From: Convolutriloba macropyga
Lineage: Eukaryota
Length of the DNA stretch: 64,000 bases
Direction of reading: 5' to 3'
NCBI RefSeq assembly: GCF_964194025.1
Contig: NC_134468.1
Span: 59,272,001-59,336,000 of the forward strand
Positions within the stretch are counted from its first letter, which is position 1. Every line of letters starts with the position of its first letter. The notes under the pieces are model-generated. The model saw only the letters and a program-made list of their open reading frames with translations, was not told the DNA's origin and did no database searches. Below are positions 50,601 to 59,946 of this stretch, in pieces. Made by a program: the position numbers and the translations under genes.

Positions 50601-53214
50601 AAGACAACGTACTCTAGAGGGCAGCCAGAAGACTCAAGGCACCACTAAACTACAGTGCGAAGCATCCCCTCGTTTTCAATAGCAGGAGCAAAATTACAAG
50701 ACTGCTGATTAAAAACACACCATGACTGTGGTCATCAGTGCGTAGAAAAGGTGAAAGCTCACCTGCAACAAACTTTCCTGATGATTGGATTGAGAAAAGT
50801 GCTGAGAAGTCTGCGGAAATACTGTTTCATTTGCAGATGATGGAGGGCAGACAACGTAGACCGAAGATGGCTGATCTGCCTGAACTCATATTTCCAGTTG
50901 TAAACAAGCAGTACCCTTCCGTCAATACACGAATGGACATGTTTGGATCTTTCTACACTGAGGACCAGAGGGAGGGCACTCAGGTGCACTACGTCTGCTT
51001 GTCCACACGCCTGATTACCGGAGCAGTGCACATAGAAGTATGCCTGACCTCTCAACCGCTTGTCTTCTCATAGCCATCCGCAGGTTTGTATCACGACTTT
51101 GTTACCCGGGCCTCATTTTGAGTAACAATTAGCAAAGACTTCATTGGAGCCAACCAAGCAAGGAAGTTGAAATTCCACAGAAATTACCAGCCAGACAATG
51201 AGTACACAAGCCTACAATTGGCTCATCAGAACATTCAGTGGACTTTCATTCCATCATTGGCACCACCCTACGGAGAAGTCTGGGAGAGGCTGATCAGACC
51301 GCAAAGAGGAGTCCACTAATAGTGCTGGGCAGTCGGAAAATAACACTCAAGTTTTCCAGACAGTTGTGGCAGAGGCCAGGGCAATTTTGAACAACAGGCC
51401 ATTAACTCATGTGGGCTGCAGCATCTCAGATGAGGGATCACTTATACCTAATCATTTTCTACTTCGCAGACCTCACATGATTTTTAAACCTCTTGTGGAC
51501 AACAACAAGCGGTTCTTCACTAAGGAAATTAAGTTGACGCAGACACTACTTGATCACTACTAGAGCAGGCTGCTAAAAGAATATGCTCCTGAGCTCAACA
51601 AGAGACGGAAGTGGCACAATCAAATGATGAGCAGGACGAAAGTGGAATTGTGTGGGTGCTCAAGGACTTCACACCCTCGAGGAATCTGGCCTCTTGGGAA
51701 GATTGTAAAAGCACACAGAGGTTCAAATGTAACAGCAAGGAGCTTCGACATCCAGACGGCTACAGGAATAGTCCAAAGACCAGCAAAAACGCTAAGCAGT
51801 GTATTCCCACAAGTGTCAAGTGCTCCTGAGGGTCACTGAAACAAGTTCATTGAAAGACCCTGAACTTGTTTCAGAGTCACTGAAACAAGTTCACTGAAAC
51901 AAGTTCATTGAAAGTTCACTGAAACAAGTTCTTTTATACTTTCTCTTCTCCACAGACACACACATCTTCCTCCCACCACATACATTTTCGTCCTCCCAAA
52001 CCCTTTCATTTCCTGGTTTCCATTTCCCCAACCTATATTCATTGATGCGCTTTATATTAGTTGATTTTATTGAAGACCTCAGAAGTGGTTAACATTCACT
52101 TCCAATATTATTTATTTATAGTAAAGGATTTCCCGTTTTTGACCATAACTTGTGTGCCAATGGCGCGTAATGTAATGTGGATCTTTTCTGTTTGTGCTCC
52201 CCCAGTAGGTTATGCTCCCCCAGTTACAGAGCACTTGCCATTACAGTAAATCTTTGTAAAAATATGGCACATGCGCCTGGGGGGGGGGGGGTTCAATTAA
52301 TATGCGCCCACAAAGCTGGGGGAGGAGGAACGGAAAAGATTCGGATTTTTCTTACCAAATTTCCAAAAATAGCAGAACGCGATAGCAGGGCCATTGGGGG
52401 CTTGTCTGCGAGAACATACTTAGCTTAGTAAAAAGAGGGAAGTGGAAATTTCAAAGACTTTTGTTTTTATCTTCCAAAATTATTAGAAACTCAATTTACA
52501 ATTTCTGCAGGTATCTGCAAAGTCTGCAGGTGTCCTGTCCGTTTTAATGAACTTTTGATTTTCTTAAAATCAGGGAAACTATTCAAACGCGATATTTTAA
52601 TGACTGATAAGCTCGTTACGGTGATACTATTAATTCTAGCCCCATATTTTTCTACTCTTTTAGGTGCAAAAAAACGGACAACCTCCTTTTTAATCCTCAG
52701 TTTAAACCACGCCTACCTTCTCAATTGTTTCGATGACAGACTTGAATGCGTTGATCAGAGTGTTCTTCTGTTGAGAAACGCTGATTGCAATCATCTCATA
52801 TCTAGTCTGAATCCTCCGGCATAATAACAAACTGTTTTGCACCAATTCGGGCACCAACTTGTCACTGATCCCTTTTTCCTCATCTTGTGAACTTGTGTAA
52901 TTGCGAGCGGTTGTTAAAAACTGGTGCAAAAACTTTGTCAGATCTGCTGCTAAACTCCAACTTCCGACGACTTTTGAGTAATCGCAGTTTAAACATGTTA
53001 GGCAGGCAGGGATCAATTCGCTTTCCCATATTTTCTGAATTATAAATGATACATGGGTACTGCTCTTGTGCTTGTTGAACAAATCAGCTAACTCGGAAAG
53101 AATGGGGGGAATTTCAGTCTCTGCTTTAGCATCAGCTGCGTCTGAAGTTATAGTAAATATCTTACGAGAAAGGTGATCGTGAATTTGGTTCTCTATTGAT
53201 ATTTGCGCAGCCAT
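32220..53214 (-). CDS. IQCB1: IQ calmodulin-binding motif-containing protein 1 (nephrocystin-5), 7 exons, 1839 nt / 612 aa
   Basis: Exons 52717-53214, 41749-41940, 38371-38491, 37484-37781, 36574-36780, 36049-36157 and 32220-32633, all GT-AG with matching phases (0,0,1,2,2,0). Colinear with vertebrate NPHP5 as I recall it: DYSKVVGSW, LLLCRRIQT, IYALLDEMVYKL, IQ motifs IQRMYRGFRAR and IQTQWRGYHTK, SEARRAEL, APSL, AKNAHLNTL...PWYKKL. Confidence 0.92.
32868..36003 (-). mobile_element. Composite DINE-1/Helentron-like family B element with an internal tandem array, in IQCB1 intron 6
   Basis: Same termini as 36792-37334. Three ~0.4-0.55 kb tandem units start AAAAACATAGCAGGACAAGTCCTGA (~33345, ~33901, ~34418). 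The terminal motif is duplicated at 35905-36003. Confidence 0.75.
36049..36157 (-). CDS. IQCB1: IQCB1 exon 6
   Basis: ttttaag|WSRRCLAK...GISEARRAELQQ|gtaaag. Not in the supplied ORF track. Confidence 0.85.
36574..36780 (-). CDS. IQCB1: IQCB1 exon 5 (IQ motif)
   Basis: HRNEREAREK...AALKIQTQWRGYHTKK...AIITLQR. Confidence 0.9.
36792..37334 (-). mobile_element. DINE-1/Helentron-like family B element in IQCB1 intron 4
   Basis: On the minus strand: 5' AATAGCCGC...CGGCTATT, 3' sub-TIR GCGGCTATT, hairpin CCGGCA-ATC-TGCCGG and TATGTT. Confidence 0.8.
37484..37781 (-). CDS. IQCB1: IQCB1 exon 4 (IQ motif and coiled coil)
   Basis: GIRFIITRWTGKGFGQE...AASSIQRMYRGFRARR...QMQINR. Confidence 0.9.
38371..38491 (-). 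CDS. IQCB1: IQCB1 exon 3
   Basis: tttacag|VYKLSEFES...FFTRYK G|gtagac. Confidence 0.85.
40400..41062 (-). mobile_element. Family B element fragment in IQCB1 intron 2
   Basis: Homologous to ~59030-59690, including the CATAGCAGGACAAG module. Confidence 0.7.
41749..41940 (-). CDS. IQCB1: IQCB1 exon 2
   Basis: tttag|IVERSSVMARSVLES...IYALLDEM|gtttgc. Confidence 0.85.
43720..52178 (+). mobile_element. Degenerate BEL/Pao LTR retrotransposon in IQCB1 intron 1, antisense to the gene
   Basis: Direct repeats at ~43720-43948 and ~51940-52178. Gag WHQWFSFFKTTIH...QKMTYL, BEL Cys-His CPNCL...C...C.GFH..TLH, RT FYIDD, RNase H FTDAS / WTDS / NPADHGTRG, integrase EARAILNNRPL, DUF5641 PRGIWPLGKI. Confidence 0.92.
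44231..46877 (+). repeat. ~1.3-1.4 kb tandem duplication inside the BEL element
   Basis: Both units begin TGTCCCTAGAAGTGAGAC (44231, 45600) and end GAGTATCATGTTCGAGGACAGA (45586, 46878). Each contains a CA microsatellite. Confidence 0.92.
52179..52342. mobile_element. GGATCT-family MITE abutting the BEL 3' repeat
   Basis: GGATCTTTTCTGTT / AACGGAAAAGATTC. No clear TSD. Confidence 0.6.
52717..53214 (-). CDS. IQCB1: IQCB1 exon 1
   Basis: MAAQISIENQ...IETIEK, donor AAG|GTAGGC. Confidence 0.9.
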
Positions 53215-54738
53215 ATTACTAAATGCTGCAGCAATAGAAAAATTACAATTGCTCTAAGCGTACGTTTCAGATTTATACAACGCACCTATGTTTAAGCATT
53301 GATGGCCAATATATAAGCGTTTCATTCTATGCGTTTTGATTTTCATGTAATAAATAAGAGGCTAAAATTTTGCACGAGCTCCTTTGCAGAAAAGCCTTTT
53401 CTAATGTTTAATCTTCATTGAAATTGAATAGTCTTTGGACGAAAAGCGGAATTCTTTCTTTTCCCCCAATCCCCTTCTTCCAAGACTTTTTTATGAGTAA
53501 TGTTTTTGTTTTCATAAGCCTGCTCAAACTAATGACTTTTTGCACTAATCCACTAATCATGGTTTGCATCGCCTATAACAGGCCAGACTAGCCATTATTT
53601 AATCAGTTAAAAATTTATAAATCAGTTAATTAATATAAAACCTTATAAAGGTGTAAACAATGTCAATGATAGCTCGAAAAACATCAAAATTGCCCCAAGC
53701 TTGATTTTGAAGTTGGATAAGTTAATTTTTGGAAAATTGCAGTTTTAATCATTAATTATTTTCTAACTGATTTTGGAAAATTCGAAATTTCAAAAAGGAA
53801 CAAGATGTCTATGCGAGGAACAGGGCTCACTGAACAACAAAGTATTGTCACTAAAAGAACGGTCTCAAATGCGCGAATTAAGAGGACAACTAAAATTAGT
53901 CTTCTGATAAAGGCACTTTCCTTTGGTCTGGCACTGATCTAATGCAATTCTTCAGAATTACAAATATTATTAAAACTGCTGGGGGAAAAGCAACCAGCCA
54001 TGTCCAACGAATGTGCAATCAGCCATGTGCAACAAAGCAACGGGAACTTCATTCGTAGAAACACTCGCTAGAATACGTTAGCTTCTACTGCAACAAATAC
54101 TCTTTCGACAAAAGCATTGTTCCAAATATAATGGAAAAGTTTTAATTCGTTTTAGGTATTAAAAAGTGTAAACAAAAATAAAGCTCCTTTATTACAAAAA
54201 TGGCTATATTAGGAAGCACCATATTTCAATAGAGATGAATAAGTGTAAAGAGATATGATTCTCAGCTATACAGAGATAGAACTAAAGTTAAATTTTCTTA
54301 CCAGCACTAAAAAAAGTAGCGAAGGCAACTATCTTGTCAAATTATTGTACTATGCAACTAGATGATACGCCATCAGTTCCGATAACTCATGGCGAGCAAT
54401 AAAGGTACATTATTCTGTATGTCTTGCTGATTGACATGGAACTCAGTTCATGTATAGATTACGTCACTCCGATGAATTAAGAGAGAAAATCAGGCATTAA
54501 TCAGGAATCGCTGTTTATAAGACAGATTCGCAAGATATAGGACAGAATTTCAAAATGCAAGAAGTTTTAAAATGTGGCACTGTATAAAGGAAAATCGATA
54601 TTAATCATGTTTAAAGAAATACTATCAGATCTATACGCTTGCAACATCTTTCATTTTACAACCCAAATGTACGTCAGTAATATTTCCTCAAATCTGGTAA
54701 ATTACATTCTACTACAGGTACTTCGAAACTATTCAAAT

Positions 54739-55876
54739 CTAATCACTTTCCGCAAACTGTTCCAGAATATCTTCCAAACATTTCACGTGGTTTTCATTCA
54801 ACTCAAACAGAGGTGAATATCCGGCCACGCCTTTAAAGATCTTATCCCAAGCCAACTTGAGAATTTCACTTTCGACTATTTCCTCACCAAAGAAATGCAG
54901 CCAAAATGCGAGAATAGCTTTTCTAGTCGAATCACTATACACGCCCAATTCCTGCTCAACAATGTCATACCCATATTTGGTCAACAACTCCTGCGCTTTT
55001 GTTCCTTCTTCTGTAAGCTTTTTTCCGGTTTCTGAAAACGGAATAACAATTTTCGGGTCCTTTACTAGACACAAATTGGCCTTCCTTGGAAATATGCCGA
55101 AATCTTGTGTGATGTTTAAACCGGTGAACATCTCATCCTTCGACGCGTTCGCTAGTACACCCCATGGGAAGTAAGGATTCGGATCAATTTTTCGGCCAGG
55201 AGACCAATCGCTATGACCAATCATTTTTTGAGCTTCAATTGTTGGGAACTCATTCATAAGTTGTTCACATAACAGGACGTTGGCACGCATTTGTGCTTTC
55301 GAGTATGGTTCATTTCCGTTGTTTATATTTTCGATTCCAATGGACCAACTATTCATGTTGTCCTTCATGCCCGAATAATCGCCGAATAGAAGTTCTGAGC
55401 CATTAGAGAAATTGCCGACACCAGCATGGTATGCTCTAAAATCCCTATGAACAAATTCATAAACAGTGCCGTCTTTGTCAATCACAAAATGGGCAGAAAC
55501 TTTTCCCTTGGTAAAAATATCGACTGTTCGTGAAAAATTTGCAACTGTATTATGCTGCACAATATACACTGGATATGCTTCTTGGTAAAATCTCTCTCCG
55601 TCGACCAGTTTAAACCTGTAGTTGAAATTATTACATTTTCCCGGTTGAGGGTTGACGATCTCACCGCTTTCTCCCGGTTCCAGTGGATATTTTTGCATGT
55701 CTCGCAAATACGTGGTATTGTACTCCATAATAACAGGATGGTTTTGCTCCTCAAACTTCGTACTCTCTGCAATAGTATTTTCTCTCAGGGTAACTATATA
55801 TTTGGTCTCACTACCTTGAATCGACACGAATATAACGACGAGAAATAGTAAAAGAAATTTTGAAGTTCTTCTGCTG
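54739..55876 (-). CDS. AmiD/AmpD-type N-acetylmuramoyl-L-alanine amidase (Amidase_2 plus C-terminal peptidoglycan-binding-like domain), main exon
   Basis: IVQHNT (Zn His), VSAHFVIDKDG, RAYHAGV, NSWSIGIE (catalytic Glu), IGHSD (Zn His), PGRKIDP (Zn Asp), FPW, and C-terminal LLTKYGYD...AILAFWLHF. The frame is open upstream of the GTG through the hydrophobic stretch KFLLLFLVVIFVSIQG to an acceptor at 55877. Confidence 0.93.
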
Positions 55877-55923
55877 CTAACACAGATGAAGACAGGTAAT
55901 TAAAATTATTCAAAACATGGCTT

Positions 55924-58606
55924 TTATTGTTCCGACCCTCTTGAGGGGGGAGGAACTATATACTCAAATGGGTTTTTTTTTGTTCCGTGAATTTCCGCCG
56001 ATCGATATATTCATCGTAGAGAGTTGAGACTGGTATCATTAGAAATTTTGTCCGGCGTAGAATATGGAATAAAAAAGATTTTTTTTAATTTTCGTTTTCT
56101 AAAGGGAGTTATCGAGGTTTAAACTTCTGAGAAAAGTAGAATTCACGTTGTTTTTATTCACATTTTCCGGAATTTTTGCCTAAATTTTCGTCAGTTTTGC
56201 TAAAATTTGCTATAATTTTTAAGAATAGTGTCGTTTATTTTATTTTTGAAGACGAACAAGCATTGTTGATTGTTTTAATTTAATTTTTTGGTCAAAAAAT
56301 CTGGATAAACATTTCAAAATTTAGACTTTTTCATCAAAAACAGCATGAAATAAGCTACTTTAGTCCACTTTGATTAAATTTGCCGACAGTACAACCCCCA
56401 ACAACACTCATACAATCTTTGTAGACTCAGAGGGGGGGCATTTCTACTTCAGAGTCCGCTGAGAGTGCTCTGTAGTTAAAACTTTGCCTTTTTTGCTAAC
56501 TTTACTCGTTGATTATCAAAAATGCAGAATTTATTTTGAGTTTTCAACTAACAAATTATCTATATCTACATAATTCGAAAAACCAATTGTTCCTAACGGA
56601 CAAAAAGCTTTAGCAAGGATAGTTTTGGGCCATTCTTGGACTGTTACAATCCAAAAAAAATCGGGTTGTAATCAGTCGGTCTTTTTTTTAAAAAAGACCT
56701 TTTTTTAATAATAAAGAACGGAACATATCAAATCAAAGCTCAGGAGTGATAGGTCCAACCAATTCGCTTACTAAGCAGCTCGAAGCTAATGCATTTAGTT
56801 TTTTACTTGAAAGTTTATGGTCGTTTCTTTTTTTAAAATAATTACTTTTCAATAAATAATGGCTTAATTAACTTTTCCTCTATTTTTTTCTTAATTTGTT
56901 CAACTTCCAGCTTAGTTTCAGCAAAGAAAGAATGCTTCTTCTTTCTACTGATTTAACATTTATTCTAGGTTGCAGTTTTAAGCCTGAAGTTATTGTTTTC
57001 TGGCTTTGATTGTACAAGATTTCAGATTTTTGTTTGTTTTGATATTTGCCAGTTTTTCACGTTTTCTAATTTTGTCACATTATCACATTATCACAGTTCT
57101 CATGTCACGTTATTAGCGTTCAGAATAAGGCACATATTGAAATCGTGAAAGATATACATCATCGTTTTAACGGCCTCGACGCCTCTTTCTTGAAGAAATC
57201 AATTGAATTTTAAAAATTTTGTCTAACTGTCATTTATACTTTATCGTTTCGGTCGTATGAAATTTCCTGTATAGTGATAGCTTTCATTGGCTTTTCATGG
57301 AAAAATAGAAGAACCGATATTCTGATATTAGTAGATAGCTGATGGCTTTCATGACTTTGAAAACAATCGTTCTCCAAAATTAAAAAAAAACTTTTCAATT
57401 TCGCAATTTTGTTCTTTTTATGTTTCTTTTTGTTACCTAATCTCGCTGGTTAATTACAGGTCAAATATGGTATTATGGGTGTCAAGAGAATAAAAGGGAT
57501 TGGAGTCCCAAAATCTTCTTTTAAAGAATTTGTTATGACGTTACTGGTTTTAAAGAATTTGTTATGACCTTACTGGCTTCGACACCGGTTTTTCACAAAA
57601 AAAAGTAAATTAATTTGATTTTTGTCATATTTGACGTTCTTTTTGTAGATGCAAGAAATATTCTGGATAATTGCAGGTCTCGAGGGCTTCTTTTTCATGA
57701 CTAAACGACGCTATTTAAATACTTCTTTTTGTAATTAATGCCTTTCATGACATTGAATGTAATTTTGTTTCGCAAAAAAAATTAAAAGTATTACTTTAGC
57801 ACTTCGCTTTTTTGTCTACTTGTTACTTAGTCTTACTAATGAATGGCCACGTAATACATTATAGCTGTTTGAAGAAGGCGCAATCGAATATATTTTGAGG
57901 GCCAAAATATGGCTTGACGATTTTGACAGCGTTTTCTGGCAAGTTTCAATTGAAATTTTGTTTGTTTTTTTTTGTTGTTCTTTTTAGCCGCTTTAAAAAA
58001 TGAATAAGGACAGGTCCTAATGCCCTTCTATAGAAACATTGGTAATCGTAAATTTGTAGTAATATTAATTGATTCATAATGGTATTTATTACTTTGTAGT
58101 TAACTGTTTTAAAAAAGTAAGTTAATTTTTTTACTTTACTGTTTTTGTTCTTTTTTGTATAATTGCTACCAAACCTTTTTATGGACTGGTCGCATATGTT
58201 TTCTGGTGACTTATAAGTTATTTTTGTTTAGTTTTAGGTTTATCTGACGGTATGTTGACTTTTTTATTAAATTTAGTTTTTAAGAGGGACATAAATTTTT
58301 TGATGTAATTAATGTTTGTTGTTGTTGTTGTTTGATTTTGCTGTTCGTCTTGACTCGCTTTCTTAATATTGACATATTACAGCAATCTAATGCATCAATT
58401 TTTACTCAACTGAGTTATTTGCTTTGGAGGATATCTCATCGTTCATACAGAATTTTTTGAAAAAGACTTGGACTTTTTTGGGATTCGCAAAAAATATTTT
58501 TTGGGTTTTTCTATCTGTTCCTCATTTGGTAGACAATTATGCCAAAATTGTGGATGGGCGGGGTCGGAACCTTATGTGCCATCGCACATTATCGAGCCGC
58601 CTTGTT
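55924..58606 (+). mobile_element. DINE-1/Helentron-like element, family A, copy 2
   Basis: TTATT-GTTCCGACCC (55929-55938) ... GGGTCGGAAC (58561-58570), stem-loop ATGTGC-CATC-GCACAT, terminal CTTGTT. Confidence 0.82.
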
Positions 58607-58786
58607 CTGCTTCAGATTCTTCTTTACTAATTTATCGGTTTCTTCTGTTATAACTGATAGTAAGAGCAGAAGAGTACTTAATTCGTTTTCTTCAACACTT
58701 TGTTGATCACGATACAACATTGCGTACATCAATGAGTTAACTGTACTCATAACTGTCTTAATTAACTGCCTAACGAGCTTAAACCA

Positions 58787-59690
58787 AACATAGCTGGCAG
58801 ATTGCCAGAAAATAGCCGCAAAAGATTCGTAGATCGGCAGTCTAAAAAAACAGTAAAAAAGACAGACCAAAAAAATTCGTCTTTTCATTGAAGGCTGATC
58901 TGTTCTATTTTGATTAAAAATCTGTATAAGTTATTGCTGCCTCTATTAGCTGATCTCAAATAACCTTCATTTACAGTGACACACACCCATTTGACCTTAT
59001 CTCTTTGAATTAAAGTAAACAAAAGTCAATTTCAAATTGAGGAAGTCATTTTTGAGAGTGAGGTAAGTCAAGTGTGACCAAAAATTTAATCACGCGCATG
59101 AACAAAAAAACTCGCTCCACTAAGAGCGAAAAATGACGTCACACATGCAATTCAGTTGAAATTGCATGAACGAATGAACAAAAAGTGGCTGTGACGTCAT
59201 ATGGTCGTAACAAAAATCATGACGACGAAATAAAAAAACATAGCAGGACAAGTCCTGACGTACAATTCAAAGAATTTTCATTGACTAAAAAAACTAGACC
59301 TAAAACGGACTATGAATGGATTGGAATAACCATTTAGAAAAAAATCCTATCCAAAAAATCGAAAAAAGAGTAAAAATCAAAGTGAAATTGCCGCATGTGA
59401 ACAAAAAACCACTAGCGAGAAAGCGAATTTTTGCTCAAACACCATTTTCTCACTCTACTTTAAATTTAGAGCAAAAAAATTTCACGCCGCAAAACCACTC
59501 GCTTTTTCGCTCCATTTCCTGTTTCGGCGTGACCAAAATCACCACTCCAATTTGACTTCAAAAATCATGAAAATGTGTGAACAGATCTTAAAAAAAAAGA
59601 CAGCGCCCCAATACAATTCAAATTCTTTGAATTGTAAAAAACCAAGCGAAGGCCAATAATAGCCCCAGCTATCGCTGTGCGGCTATTAAA
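58787..59690 (-). mobile_element. DINE-1/Helentron-like family B element, both termini present
   Basis: AACATAGCTGGCAGATTGCCAGAAAATAGCCGC ... AATAGCCCCAGCTATCGCTGTGCGGCTATT. Confidence 0.8.
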
Positions 59691-59902
59691 AAAGACCCCA
59701 ACTTTACTCGGTCAATTTCACGACTCTTGCTATTAGACAACTTGATTAATCTGTAAGGTTAAATTACACACTTAAATGCTTTTTGCCATGTTTACCGAAG
59801 ACCAGCTTTCTTTACAATGGGTACCGTGAGAAAATCATTTTACATTTACTCGTTGATTATTGATAACAGACTCGTGCAAGTCTGCGCATGCAGTGAACTT
59901 AC

Positions 59903-59946
59903 CAAGTGAAAGTCCGCGATGGATATGGGTTCAATGAGCGCCCCAT
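59903..59946 (-). CDS. Candidate first coding exon of the amidase (MGRSLNPYPSRTFT)
   Basis: ATG at 59946 and a strong donor TG|GTAAGT. Phase 2 matches the acceptor at 55877. An acceptor-like TTCTTTTTTCAG precedes it at 59961. Confidence 0.45.

Noticed and set aside
41941-52725. Introner origin of IQCB1 introns (intron 1 has ATTGAGAAG versus ATTGTTTAG at its ends)
   Set aside because: Only a 6/9 match including the obligatory AG, with no TIRs. The other five introns show no TSD.
54739-55827. Bacterial contaminant, or a GTG-initiated prokaryotic gene
   Set aside because: No neighbouring bacterial genes or operon. It is flanked by host repeats and a spliced animal gene, and the frame extends upstream to a splice acceptor. 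Read-level confirmation is still needed.
14653-58606. One giant 44-kb transposon with 2.7-kb TIRs carrying IQCB1 and the amidase
   Set aside because: Each repeat has its own complete Helentron-like termini. I see no shared TSD and no Polinton or transposase genes, so two independent insertions is simpler.
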